From assembly GCF_036321535.1 (NCBI RefSeq), contig NC_087437.1, forward strand, positions 101,434,001-101,498,000: a DNA stretch of 64,000 bases, read 5' to 3'. Below, in pieces: positions 38,781 to 52,759 of the stretch. Origin of the DNA: Camelus dromedarius (lineage: Eukaryota). Each line of letters begins with the position of its first letter. Position 1 is the stretch's first letter. The notes beneath the pieces are model-generated. The model did no database searches. It was not told the DNA's origin and saw nothing but the letters and a program-made list of their open reading frames with translations. Position numbers and translations under genes: made by a program.

Positions 38781-38959
38781 AGTGACTTGTTTAAACTGTT
38801 ATGAGTGACAGCTTTTTTTCTAACTATAAAAAGAATACATAAATATTGAATAGATAGAAAGATAAGATTCAAAAGATAAAAAAATACAAAAATCCTACTA
38901 CTCAACAAATGGAATTATATATTATATACTATTTTTTTTTCCTGTTGGTAGTTTTATTC

Positions 38960-39340
38960 TTGTGTTTATTTTTTAACTAATTGTGAATAAAAAGTGGCTT
39001 CAAGAAAATTATTACTATACCCCTATGAAACAAAAGAAATAAAATATTACCTAAATGATTGAAGCCCTTTTTGTTCCTTTCTGGAATCACTTTAATTCTT
39101 TCTCCCACGTAGTTAAACACTAGACAGAATTTGTTATTTATTGTTTCCATATATTTCTTTCACTTTTACTATATAGTATTCTGTGGTCATGCTCTAAGTA
39201 TTCCTCTGTAATTTATTTTTATGTTTAACATTATTTCTGAGATTGGTCCAATTTGGCATATGTCAGTTTAGGTCATTTATTTCTATTATTGTATCACATT
39301 CTGTTGGGTGAATATGTTACAAATTTTCCATGCTACTATT
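38960..39340 (-). mobile_element. L1ME-type 3' UTR remnant
   Basis: 'atgtttaacattatttctgagattggtcca', 'tgtatcacattctgttgggtgaatatgttacaaattttcc'. Confidence 0.5.
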
Positions 39341-40541
39341 AATTGTTAATCCTTTTTATTTAAAACTCTTTAAAAATCTCATTAGAGATTCTTTAGAAAT
39401 ATCATAGTAATGAATATTTAACATTTATTAATATGGATATACCACACTACACCTAACAATTCTGTTTGTTAGAGATTCAAGGTAAGGAGTTCTTTTCAAT
39501 TCTCAGAATTTGGAATGTTGCTCAGTATATAACAGATGCTAAGTAAAGGCAGTTTTTAATGTAACAACTTCTTAGTTGTTCTTATAATTATTGGTTCAGA
39601 ATTATATACTAATTTTCATCTGACTCCCTGACAATTCTTTATGTTATAGCCCAGAAATTTTTGCAGAACAAAAGGACTTAGACAGTGAGGCTATTTTCTG
39701 TCTTAATCTTATACTTTAGAGGTTGGATTTGGGGTTTAGATGCAGCTCTACTCTAGCCCAAAACTTTGGAAAGGAGAAGTTAGCTGCTGACTGCTGGGTA
39801 ACCTTGTCCTGGCAGATGGGTGATAAGCAACCCTTGGTTCAAAGGTTTTGCCCTCTTATTCTGGAAAAATGGCAGGAGATAGAATTTCTGGTTGAAAAAG
39901 TTGAAAGTTCTTTGCTACTGTTCCAATGTGCTCAGTCATTTTGTACTGTAGCAGGGGAAAACAAGTGCCAAACTATGTTGGTTTTCTAAAAATAAACTGA
40001 ATCATGTCAGAAATCTAATTTATAAGAACACTTTTCCCTTCTGTGGGGTTTAATAAAACACTTTTATTTTCACTTAAGCTTGGGGGCTGGATTGTTGTAA
40101 ATAAATAGTTTTATCTGTCCTGAATTGATTCTTATAGGGAAAAAATTACCACTTCCAAAAGAAAGGTTAAAAATCATTATTGTCTTGCTGAGCTCAACAT
40201 CTTGGGAAAACAAAGATTTATAGAAAAATTACAAGCAAGCATTACCAATGTAAATCTGTCTGAAGCAACCTCTAGCTCCCCTTCCACATCATTTTTCTTC
40301 CAACAGTAAGTGACAGGTGACTAGGTGTAGCAGCTATCTTGTGAGTAAGAGAACCCTAAGGAACGCTATTCTTACTATTGTCTGTTGTCACTGTTGTGTT
40401 AACTGTTTGGCTTACTCTCATCTCAGCACTTACTACATTCAGTTTTTGGACACTGTGACCTCACTGGAGTTCTTCTCCACTTTTTAATATGTTAACAATG
40501 ATAAGCTGGACATCTTCTGGACTTTGTCACTACAATCTCAT

Positions 40542-41042
40542 CTTTGGCGGATAGACTTTCAAGTGGACCCCAGTGATTCCCACCTTCTGGTAGTCACAAT
40601 CCCGAATAATCCTCTCTCTTCTAATGTGGCTTGCTTCTAGCACATAAGATATGGTAAAAATGGAGGGAATTTGCAGATGGAATTAAGATCTCAACTAAGT
40701 TGATTCTGAATTAATTCAAAGGGAGATAATTCTAGGCCAACATGATTTAATGAGGGGAAAGATCTTAAAAGAGAGAATGGGCCAACCCTGAGGTGAGAGA
40801 CTCTCTGTTGCTGGCTTTGAAGAACTGAGCTTCCATACTGTGAGAGGGCATATGGAGAGGGCCAGGTGGCAAGGAGCTGTGAATGACCACAGCCTCTGTC
40901 AACATATGAATTTCAAGCTGATGAGACCTGGCCAGGCTGTGCCACAACTTCTTCCTCAGAGAAACTGTGAGAAAATAAATGTGTGCCATCTTAAGCTGCT
41001 AAAGGTGTGGTAATTTGCTATGCAGCATAGAAAACTAATACA
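40542..41042 (+). mobile_element. MaLR solo LTR (MLT1E-like)
   Basis: 'ccccagtgattcccaccttctggtagtcaca', 'gctggctttgaagaactgagcttccat', 'atggagagggccaggtggcaaggagctg'; ends 'gcagcatagaaaactaataca'. Confidence 0.85.
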
Positions 41043-41859
41043 CTATCATTCCTCTTTTTACATTTGTCACGATTGGTTGATTTCATATTTTGAATCAACG
41101 GATATTTTGTGAGCTCTTACTTTGAGCCAGGTCCTGTTAAGAATTCATCTCACAATCACATAAGTCAGCAAAATAACAGAACTCTGATGGGAGTTCAGAC
41201 TATTTTATTCCTGGCTTAGTGATTATTCCCCTACAATAAGGGGCTGTGGGTGCACTACTTAAAAAATCCATATGTGATTTACTCTAATACATAAGTTATA
41301 CTGGATAAGAACTGTCACCCATTTATACATGCCTACATATGTGCCACATTTGAAGCTCTGCTGATTCTTATGGGGTGCTCAACTAGGAACAGGGGATTAA
41401 GCAAGCAATTCTTTTAATAAATGGTCATCAATGTTTTTGGAATACATATGTTCAATTTCTGATCTGCTTGAAGGTCAAAACAAGAATCACATAGTAAATC
41501 TACCTTCTTGAGTAAAAAGACCCTTAATGATAACCATTTACAAAAATATCAATTAATTCTGGCTTATAACACTTCTGGATATCATCAATTAAACTTCCTT
41601 ATAAATTTTATTTTATTTTTGTGGTTTCTCTTTTATTTTTGTGGGTTTGTGAGGTTTGGTTACTTCAAGTTTTGACAGAAACTTGGATAAGCTGACTCTT
41701 CAGTCAAAATTATTCAAACACTTAAAGCCAGAAAATAATTTGAACTATATTAATGGAGGTGTAATAAAATTAATTGAAAATGTTATGTACAATAAAAGCA
41801 TATATGAAAAGTTAAAGCTGGATTTTGTTTTAACACAATAGCTTCTTTAGAAATGTAGA

Positions 41860-42513
41860 CTCATACGACTTAATAAGAAAAAAACAAACAACCCAATCCA
41901 AAAATGGTCAGAAGACCTAAATAAGCAACTCTCCAAGGAAGACATACAAATGATCAATAGGCACATGAAAAAATGCTCAATATCACTAATTATCAGAGAA
42001 ATGCAAATCAAAACTACAATAAGGTATCACCTCACACCAGTTAGAATAGCCATCATTCAAAAATCCACAAATGACAAATGCTGGAGAGGCTGTGGAGAAA
42101 AGGGAACCTTCCTACACTGCTGGTGGAAATGCAGTTTGGTGCAGCCACTGTGGAAAACAGCATGGAGATTCCTCGAAAGACTAGGAATAGGCTTACCATA
42201 TGACCCAGGAATTCCACTCCTGGGCATATATCCAGAAGGAACCCTACTGCAAAATGACACCTGTACCCCAATGTTCATAGCAGCACTGTTTACAATAGCC
42301 AAGACATGGAAACAGCCTAAATGTCCAACAACAGATGACTGGATAAAGAAGAGGTGGTATATTTATACAATGGAATACTATTCAGCCATAAAAACTGACA
42401 ACATAACACCATTTGCAGCAACATGGATGTTTCTGGAGAATGTCATTCTAAGTGAAGTAAGCCAGAAAGAGAAAGAAAAATACCATATGAAATCGTTCAT
42501 ATGTGGAATCTAA
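41860..42513 (+). pseudogene. L1 ORF2p C-terminal fragment (CCHC domain), open frame; not a host gene
   Basis: ORF 41950-42513 contains [19 protein letters not shown] and [13 protein letters not shown]; the frame extends upstream without stops to the insertion junction. Confidence 0.9.
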
Positions 42514-42836
42514 AAACAAACAAACAAACAAAGCATAAATACAAAACAGAAATAGACTCATAGACATAGAATACAAACTTGTGGTTGCCAAGGGGGCTGG
42601 GGGTGGGAAGGGATAGACTGGGATTTCAAAATTGTAGAATAGATAAACAAGATTATACCATATAGCACAGGGAAATATATACAAAATCTTGTGATAGCTC
42701 ACAGAGAAAAAAATGTGGCAATGAATATATATATATGTTCATGTATAACTGAAAAATTGTGCTCTACACTGGAATTTGACACAACATTGTAAAATGATTA
42801 TAAATCAATAAAAAATGTTAAAAAGAAAAAGAAAAA
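41862..42836 (+). mobile_element. Young 5'-truncated L1 with poly-A tail and perfect 13-bp TSD
   Basis: TSD agaaatgtagact at 41849-41861 and 42837-42849; aataaa at ~42807 followed by an A-rich tail; uninterrupted ORF2 frame. Confidence 0.97.
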
Positions 42837-45415
42837 AGAAATGTAGACTGTTGTAATAAAATACTGTAAAATGAATGATTTGGATTCAATTTTCTATTTG
42901 ATAGAATCTTATGATTATGTGGCATTGAATTAAAAAAAGTACATCATACATAGATTTCTTTATTTTTAATTTCATTGAGAACTACATTTTATACTGCAAT
43001 AAACCAAAGATCAGATTCAAAGAATAGTTACATCTTACTAGTGGTAGCAACAAAAATAGTAACCATAATTTACTACAGTTTTAAAAGCATTTATTAATAT
43101 CAGTGGTGGTACTGGAAAAACAATGATACCAATCAAATTACTTATTTTCACCATTTTTGATGTTTGGAAATAAATGAGATTTTTCCAGGAGTGAAAGTAT
43201 ATGCTTATTCAGCTGAAGATAGTAAATTTGTTTCATTAATTAATAAATCAGCATACATGCTCCATTTTTAGTGATACTGGAAGCTGAAATTGTTCATTTA
43301 TCAATGAATAAATTTTTTATAATTATTTACTTTTGCAAAGCAAAGAAAATGCATCCCTTATGTCCTGATTTCACCATAATGCAGATTGTACTGTAATTTA
43401 AAATCATCATTGTTATTTATTCAATCACTTATGATTGATTCAGTCATAAGATCAGAGAGTCAACTGAGAAAACAATGGTTTTCTTACCAGGGTGTTGAAG
43501 TTGTCCTAACAGAGTGAGGGCAAGCAAAAGTTGAAGTCAAGTTGTCAATCACTAAATTTCTTTAGATTGCCTTGCTGCTCTATGGGCTTTTAAAATAGAG
43601 TGAACTTTGTTGCAACAACTTTTGTTTCTCTGACAGCATATAATTTTTCATCATTACCACTTTCTAATTGATGATTTCAGGATAAAAAGTGCATATACTT
43701 TTAGAATAAAGTACCATTAATCTTAAATCTTGAAAAATTATTTTAAGATAAGGAGATACAAAATAGGTAAAATTCTACCACTAATAAAAGTGAACAAAAC
43801 AAGTTTATACAAGGAAGGTAATTTGCCTGTGCAATAGGCAATTTTTTTCCCAGCGACCTGCTATTTTTTCTCCATACTGTAAGTTTCTTGAGGTTAGAAG
43901 TACATTTATTCCTCTTTGTTTCTTCAGCAAGTAAGACAATATCTGATTTAAATATTTTGATTAGAATTAAATCAGCTTCTTAATCAGATTGCTAAAATGA
44001 GCCATGTTTCTATCAAGACTATGAAGTAACCAACTAAGAAGTTACACAAACAACTAGGTGTAAGCTTTGAAAGATTGAAAATAACAGATCTTATGTTGGG
44101 GCGTTTAGATCATCTGCTTTGTAGAATTTACTCCTTATGACAGTGGTCTCTAGTGATCTGGAGGAGGGGTATTATTTAAAATGCAGTGAGTCCTTTAAGG
44201 TATGTGTACCATTAAGGTGCATGAAAAACTTCATTAACTAAATTTTCATTTTTATGAATCTTAAAATTTTCCAGCTCCTAGGCAGATGGTTAACTATTGC
44301 ATATTTCCCCAACCAATGAGATCCGCGCTGCCAACTCAAAAGTAGCACATTCTTAGGGCTCCAGTGAGGCTCCAACGGAAATAGCAGAGGAATCTGAATT
44401 CCAGGGCTAGAAAGGATAGAATCAGCTGATTTGGTTTGTTAGATTCATATTCCTTAAGTCTTCAGTTAACCAATGTGATGGGCAAAACAATGATCTATTC
44501 CAGTCTTCACCATTTCCAAAATCATATGACAAGACCTAACCTATACTGCAAGTGTTTTACGAAAAATAAAATGAGACACAGGTTATATAGTATTACAAAG
44601 AATTTAAACTCTAACAATATGTAATTTGTTAGTAATGTCTTATCATTTTGATGATTAGCAATGAAGCACTACAGGTATGAGCAATTAAGAATCAATGATA
44701 AAGCTAACAGTGATGTGATTATAATGTTAGCTTTAAACAATTTAGAATTCCATTTAAAAACATACTTGCAGATTTTTTACATATTTTACTTAGCCTTAAA
44801 AGTCATGGTTAGAGAAAATTTTCCAAAATGATAAGGGAAAATTATCTGCAGGCATTATGATGTTCTGTAATGTTTGCTGGAAGAAAATGCTGCTGGTGGC
44901 CTTGGGTGCTCAGTTATGTTATTCTTGCCTGGGACGGCAAGGGCATATTTAGTAATATATGTAGAATGTTTGATTCTGTTTTGTACACACAGGAACTGTC
45001 TCTTCGGAACTCAAGGGCAGGTATGTGAAAAATAAATGTTTGTTTCTTATTACTGGGGATAGTGATGACAATGTCTTATTGTTATAGGATTTCACTTCAT
45101 TGGATATTCATGGATTGTGAAATATACAGATTAAGTTGCTGTGAATTCAGTATACACAGGGATAATTGTTACAAAATAAAGTCTTACTTTTAAAATAATT
45201 CAGAAGATGAATCTTTTGCTGACAAACATTTATAGAAATATATTTAGTGTTAATGTTGTTTGCAAGAAAGGGTGATAGTCAAAATCCTTTCTGAGAGAGG
45301 CAGTCAGTCCTCCCTGAGCATCCCTGCATGTTCGCCCTGAGTGTATGATTTTGCTTTTTCCTAATAGTATGCTCGGAAGTTTTTTTGTTTGTTTGTTTTT
45401 TAATGTGGGAACATT

Positions 45416-45912
45416 TTCACTGGGAAGCAATTGTCCATGGATCTCTTGTGTTGCTACATGTCTTATAAGCAGAGGTACAACTGCTTTTGTTCTGAACTAT
45501 ATTTTAAAGGATGTCTGAGCAGCAGCAAACAGCCTTGGATGATACAGTGTGCCCCCATCCAACCCTCCAACATCGAAGCAGAAGCAGGTTTATTTAAAGC
45601 CTTGAAGGATAAAGTAGGTCTTTACAGAAGAAGGCACAAGCATGCCTACTGACCGGTATTTAAAATTGTGGGCTTTGTATAAAATAACCCACTGCATAGA
45701 CAGGTCACTTCTCTTCACATTGACTCTTGGAAATTAGAGCTCGAGGAACCAAATGCTGATACCCTGGCTATTTTAATTGCAACGAGCAATAAACTGTTCT
45801 TTGTTTCTGACCCTGGAGTTTTAGAACTTCTGCTAAAATCTCTGAAACTCTGGCATGCTAACTTGTTAGCTTGCAAGTAAGGTAAAATCTCAGACCCTTC
45901 AGAGTTCTAAAT
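45416..45912 (+). mobile_element. Ancient eutherian solo LTR (ERVL-class MER-type; family not determined)
   Basis: 'gggaagcaattgtccatggatctc', TATA-like 'gtataaaata', poly-A 'caataaactg', U5 'ctaacttgttagcttgcaagtaaggtaaaatctcagacccttca'. Confidence 0.8.
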
Positions 45913-47899
45913 AGTTACATCAGAAGCATCAGCCATATATGGGAGATTTCCACAAGCAAGTGATATTACCAATCACTTGTAGGAAAGATATATAGACACA
46001 AATACAAACTTTAAGAAAAGCTGGTCTGGAAGTTTGAAATGTAAATCATAAACATACTTCCATTTTTTCTCAAAAGCTGGAAGGGATTATGATGCATGAT
46101 ATACAACTCAAGATTCTTGAAAACTTCTTCCAGCTGCATTCGTCCTTTCTGCCACGGCCATGTTGCTCTTTCTTTCCCTCCAAGACTTAAGGGCACTTGT
46201 GCAACTGAACATGATTAGAGGTGTTTGTGTGTGTGGGGGGGCGGGGTGTCCTGGCATAAGGACAAATCTATATCCTCATATCCTTTTTTTAACACTTCTT
46301 ATTACATGTACAAGTGTTTAAAAATTATTTAAGCCCTTCACACTGCTCTGTCAAGCTTTGGGGTTTATTGTGCATGTTTAAGAACTTTTGGGGAACAGGA
46401 CTTAGTGGATAAGACTACAAGGCTCCCCCTAAACTTCAGCTGGGATAGCTTTGAATTTCTTTACGTGCTATGTTTTGAAAAGCATGAGAAAGAGCTCTTC
46501 TAGCAAAGTTCTCCCTTAACAATTCAAAAACTCATTTTTCTGAGTGAAACCAACATGTTTGTGAGGCTTTACTTACTATTAGTCTGTTGACATTGATCAT
46601 CACATTTATATATATTTCTTAAATTTGGAAACTATCCACATAAAGTTTTCATCAAGCAGACAACAGGATTATTTCTCTTTAAAAGACTGTAATTCTAAAT
46701 TACAGCAGGCCTCTTTTGAGGCATCTAATTGTGGGAGGGACAAATAATATCCCTGTATGTTAATTAAATACTTTTAAATATTAGTATTCTAAATCTAATT
46801 CCTTTGAATGAAGAACATTTTGGCAGAGAACCAATTCTCAAAAAATATTAATTCTATTGAGATTAATCTATGAGCAGAAGATAAATAAAATACATGATTT
46901 TCTCAGCCACACTGATGAGGTTGATCTGTTTTGAGAGCTTATCAGCATTTACCTAGTCTTGTCAAAGGCATTCATAATTAAAACTCAATGACGTGTGATA
47001 TATAATGTTCACACAGTTGCTTTTAATTGTCTTATAGTAATCCTCATTCCAACTTCATTAAAAATACATTTGTCTCATTTTTTTAATTTTGTTTATTAGT
47101 TTTTTCCTAAGAATGTAAAAATCCTCTACCAACATTAACTTCTAAAGCTTGATATTTTATTAGGTTTATGATGCTCACTTTGGAATGTTCAGCATTGTTA
47201 TTTCTTTTGCAATCATAATTATTCAACTCTGATTTTCACCTGCATGCCAAAAATAAGGTATTGCTATGAGATCTTAATCAACCATAAATGAAAGAAGAGT
47301 TCATTTCTCATTATTCACTGGAACCATGAATTTTACTGTACATTAATCACTTTTTCCAATCATAAATGTCTTTTAAAGTTTAGTGAATTCAAAATATTAT
47401 TCAAAACTTTTGCAAAGTACGAAATTTGTTCAAAACTGCTAAGAATTTCTACCAACTTTGACCAGTATAAGCAAAAATTAAGTATACATTTAAATAAAAA
47501 TAAAAACACATTAAAATGATATACAGTTAAAAGTTCAACATGTCAAACACTGTTGTTTGTTCACATGATAAAATGACAGATGTACTCACAATTGTGCTCC
47601 TCTGATAGCCACTAATAACCACATAGAACCACATAATATCCACAAGAAGCTTTTCAGAATTTTTTAATTGGCATTTGATTTAAAATTAAATAGATTTTTT
47701 AATATTGGTTGTAATCTTTTAACCACTGGATCTTTCTGGAACACCTTGGATACTTCTGTTCTTCCTGGAAAACAACTGCTTTTCTTTTTTAAATACAAAC
47801 ACTTATTCTGATTTGTTTCACTCTATCAAATTAACTAAAGATAGACTCAAGAACAGAATCCAAATCTTTTACATTTATTCCAACATTTGGTGTACTTTT

Positions 47900-49570
47900 C
47901 CAGCTATATAGTAGCCATTTTGGCATGACACGTTATTATCATTCAACTAGCATAATAACTAAGTCTTCAGCAGGCCATCTCAATTTATATTAATTAGTCC
48001 AGCTGCTTCTAGAAATGGGGGTACATGGAAAGACCAATGAACTTCATAATAGTAAGCAAATTCTCTTGTTTCTTTGGCTGTAAAATGACTTATTTATTCA
48101 GGAACAGTGTTGTGTGAATACTATGATGTTGAATAAAGTATTCAGTAAGTCCAATATGGTGAGACTGAAAGAATTTTGGGCAGGAAAAAATATCCATAAC
48201 CTGAGTCTTCATTTTAATGAAGATGAATTATTATCTCTACCCTTCTCTCCTATGTGACAGAAGGGATTAAATATAATTCAACTTCCTTCAGTTATCAGAC
48301 TGTTTCTCTTGGGAAAAGATATCCTATTAGAAATTTAACATTAGTCTTTGCAGTTGGAGATTGGTCACTCCACTACACAGGCCCTATTGAAGGGAAGTCC
48401 TTCTTAGTGACTTCATGCATAACATTCATGCTTTCTGAATTTTCACAGAATTTATCTTCCACCTTTTGGAACTTACCTCTTACAAATATATCTAAAGGTC
48501 ATTTGCTATATCTTGACCACCATGATCCAATTTCCATGTTATCAGTATGGTAAGATAGTATTACATTCAAAGGGATGGTGAAACAATCAAGTTTCCTGTG
48601 TAGGACATTATGACAGAGAACAGAACTGACATACTCCTGAGGTGATACAGTGAAGATGTGCTGTCCTCCATGACATATGAAAGCAAACTCTCTGGTGATC
48701 CTTTCTAATTATAACATAGATGCAAGTATTTGCCATATTAATAGCTTTTTACCAGCTACTGACTTTCATGTTATTTGCTCTGCTCTATAATTACATCTGA
48801 AATGACAGTTGCAACTGGAGGTGATTTCTAATTAAGTTTACAGTAATTCTTTTTTATTCTCCAGAACTGGTATTTCTCTACAGCCAAAGAGGCATTTTAA
48901 ATGGAGATAAATGAGAACTCACTATTCTTATATCTTTCAAGTCTTTGATGATGGCATAATTCTTTGAGATTGCATCATGGATAATGTTCTTTTTTTCCCC
49001 CTTTTTGGCTATGATGGATCAGAGACCTTCACTTTTCCTTTGTACCATAACAGCGTTTACCCCATGGGCCAGGAAACCAGCGTGGGGGATTTTACCATCT
49101 ACGGAGATATGTTAACTATACATTTGGAATTTAAAAAGAGAACTACAGAACATTATTGCACTTTTCCCAAGCCCACTAAGAGATGGATTTGGGCCAACAT
49201 TTTATTTCTCAACTGACCTCCATAAGCCCCCACTCTGAGTAAAGGCATGCAAGTGCCTTTTTGGATGATCAAAAATTTATGTCAGTTCAGAGCTGTGCAT
49301 TGAGCAATGTTTAAAAGGTCTGGATACTTCTCTTTGTCCAAAGCAAGTTACCCTAAAATGTTCACAGGTCCCTTTGGAGAAAACTAAGATGACTATTTCC
49401 ATTACGTATTTATATTTTTGTTGCTAGGATCCACCTTTAAGGAAACCCAGTTTCTCTATTCCTGCAGGATCTCTAAAGTCTGTATATCGGTTCAAATCTG
49501 ACAATTAGGTTAGAGGCTCTTGATTCTCCAACTTGATGCCTCACCTCAAGCGTCTTCATTCCACTTAGGT
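47900..49570 (-). mobile_element. Decayed ERVL (class III) internal region
   Basis: Minus strand at ~48000-48038 gives WSFHVPPFLEAAG, similar to ERVL integrase WSYHVPHHPEAAG; the remainder is heavily degenerate. Confidence 0.65.
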
Positions 49571-49649
49571 TTGTTTGTGTTTCTTTTTTTTTTTTTTTTC
49601 TGTTCCTCTATTATATGTATTAAGGAAAATATTACTAGGTTTCCTTTTG

Positions 49650-50010
49650 TTTCAGTCAGGGTCCAATCAAAGAGCTGAACCAGTGAGATATTTATTATAG
49701 GTACTAACTTATGTAAGTATGGGGTTAACTAAATCTTTACAAGGGTGTTCCTGCTGTTAATACTGGAGACTGAAGTCCATAGGCAGGACGAGAAGATAAC
49801 AAAACATCTGGAACCACAGGAGGATAGACTGAAAATTGTGCTTTTTGTTGTTGTTGTTGTTGTTGTTGTCTCTGATCTTGATGATGAGGGCAGCCTGTAG
49901 AAGCCAGAGCCCCTGGCCGTGGGGTTAAAAACACATACACTACACGTGGCCAAGGAGTCAGAGAAAATGAAGGAAGATCCAGGGAGAAGGGAAAGCAATT
50001 GAAGAGCCCC
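49650..50010 (-). mobile_element. ERVL-type LTR (probable 5' LTR of the adjacent internal region) with a (GTT)n tract at ~49845-49869
   Basis: 'cagtcagggtccaatcaaagagctgaaccagtgagata...aacttatgtaagtatgggg' resembles a reverse-strand ERVL U5 end. Confidence 0.55.
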
Positions 50011-51199
50011 ACTTAGGAGCATGATTAGTTAGGATGAGTAAATAACCCATGAAGAATCCTCCATAGATAGCTTCTCTCCCTAAGCACTGTCATTTCCTTC
50101 TGCATTAGAGACAAATTAAGGTTCAATATCTCAGCTTAATTTAATGTAGGCCAATATTGAGTCCAGATTTCAGTTATCCACCAAATAAATTATTAGAGAT
50201 ACTTATCACTGCTCAAGCTCTAATCCATATTAATAATTTGACCCCATGTAATATTATGATTTTTTTCTCCCTGAAATAACACATGTATAATCTCTTCTTA
50301 CATGAATTACATGAATTCCCAGGTTTTGGTTGCTGTAAATAGCAGAATTAAAACTAGATAACCTGTCAATCTTCTCTCAGGCCATAATTCATCTTAATTC
50401 TTCTGACAGTATGGCTCAGGACAACCTGAGAGCTGTACTTGTGGACTGTAAAAATAACCAGTATCTCCTTGAAAGGCATCTACTTTAAATGAGGTTATTA
50501 AAGAGTCTTAAATCAAAGGAATGCTAACAATCTTAGAGCAATAGATTTTTTTAAAAACAGAATCAAAGAGGATTGAATGTGGTGTGCAATCTATTAAATC
50601 CTACAAATTTAATCATTCCAATTTTTTCTAATTGTCATTCTTGCTTTCACTTAAGAGCTCCAGAGAGGTTCTGAATTTCATTTGCATTGTAACCTTTTTA
50701 CTTGTATAATCAATAACTTGTGTTCTTTTTCTTTATATCAGCTCCATGGCTACAGGAGATAAAAATGTCCTTTTCAGTTTTGCTGTATGACTTACTCTTT
50801 AAAGTGCCTGGTGTCCAGAGAGCTGCAGAACCCAGGTGGGAGAGTGTTCCAAGTGAAGACTGAAGGTTGACTTTCCCTCTAGGCTGTGGGCCAGAAATCT
50901 CTGGCCTCGGGGAGCCCAGATTGGAAACAAGTGAGCTGATTCTTCATTACTGAGAAGGTTGGAAGTAAACAAATAACAGACAGTGGAAAGGACTCTTCCA
51001 ATTACCTTAGGAGGGTGGTGACAGTCCACCCTTAATCCACAGTGCCCAGACAGGGAGTCCCATTTGCTTCTGAGACCCTGAGGATTCTGTCCAGGGAAGA
51101 TAGTTAAATATTAAAATCTTAGTCTCAATTCATTGGTAGATTAAAATTTGGGCTTATCTGGTAAGCCTCAGGAGGTAGAGAAAGATAAGATGGAAAATC

Positions 51200-52660
51200 T
51201 GAAATACATGGCAAGAGAAAAAGACCAGCTAGAGGAGACAGCTGGACACCTGATTTGTTTTAAGCACTCAAGAAGATGCATTTGGAAGTTGGATTAAATG
51301 AGAAGAAATTGAGACTGAAATTAGTGACTTAACAGGTTGAGGAAAAATAGCAAGAAAAGAATAAGAGTTTTAAAGGGAGGAAAAGGGACAGATGGAGGAT
51401 CAGGAATAACAAAGACAATTAATTGAAGAAAATTCTCTGAGCTGAATAAACAACAGTTTCGTCATATTGAGAGAGGTCATTGAGCTTTAGGCTTTACTGA
51501 TGAGAAAGAACATCTCTTCTGATAAAAGCATGATTTCTAATGCTAAAGAAATAATTTTATAAGTCTCCATATGCAAAGATAATTAACAAGCAGAGGAAAA
51601 TAAATCTGATTGACATTGTTGCATTATCAGCAGCTAAACACAGAAAACCACTTACGAACTACTGAAAGAAAAGGGTTTCAGCCCGGGAATTCCAAATCTA
51701 CTCACTTTGTCATCTGCATTGCAGATGCACAAAGATATCTGAAGATATGCCAGAGTTTAGGAAGCATTCCTCAACTATCACGCCTAAGAAAAACATTTGG
51801 AAAAAAAATAAACTACCATCAAACCAAATATTAACCAAAATCAAGATCTCCAAATGTAACAATGAAAGGAAGATGGAATGGTAGATCGATAGTGCTTATA
51901 GACATTGACATAAATAAATCAATATTTGTAGAATTTATACACAGATACATGCATCTGTGTAAATAAATGTACATAATATATAATTCATACTATAAATTGT
52001 TTTTATATGTATTTTATTTTATATACATATGTAACATATAATAATATAAAATATATTTATAGAATAAACTCATAATGGATAAGTGTGTACTTTCTGGAAC
52101 TGCTTGAGAGCTGCATAAGACCCACAAAAAGACAATTCTAATAATAACTATACTATCATAGCCAAAATCCAGGGTAGGCATGAAGCATGAGAGAAAAGAA
52201 GTTCAAGTTTTTCCATAGGTCTCCTTGTGTGAAAGGGGAAATGGGGAGAGCTTTAAAATATTATCAATGTGTTTTTCTATAGAGAAAAGAAGTAAGAGAG
52301 AATTAAAGAGCATGAGACAGTATCAACAGTGCCTCTCACTGAGAGAATCAATTGCTATCTTGTAACAAAAGTAAAATGATCTGATTAAGAGAGAGGAATG
52401 ATATAGATATTAATTAATAGAAAAGAAACACAGTAAAAAAAATCAAAAGTAACATTAGTTGAAAATAGAATGTTTGGGAACTGATAAAGTCAGTACAGAT
52501 AAAGGAAGCTGAAATCTAAAATGAGCAATCACCTTGAAGAAAATTGAGTATATAATACCTAAATCAAAAATGAAAGAACTGAATTAGTAGATTGAGAACT
52601 ATTACTTATGATGACTTCAATATCTTTCTCAATGAATAAGTACATTTCAGATAAAATTTA
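51200..52660 (+). mobile_element. Very old L1/HAL1-like ORF1-region remnant
   Basis: A-rich strand; 'aattgaagaaaattctctgagctgaa', 'catattgagagaggtcattgag', 'tttcagcccgggaattccaaatc'. Confidence 0.5.
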
Positions 52661-52759
52661 AAGAATCAATTTTAAACCAGACTGGACATAAAATTTCATG
52701 TAATGTATTTTAGGTGTTGAGTGAAAAGAAACAAACACATACCATGAAATATGTGAACC

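Noticed and set aside
41950..42513. Longest ORF (187 aa) as a host gene
   Set aside because: It is the L1 ORF2p C-terminus inside a TSD-bounded insertion.
49737..50022. Poly-Q or poly-T protein ORFs
   Set aside because: Translation artefacts of a (GTT)n microsatellite within an LTR.
51711..51728. Hairpin catctgca-tt-tgcagatg (also 12707-12728) as miRNA or terminator
   Set aside because: 8-bp stems are far too short for a pre-miRNA and are expected by chance.
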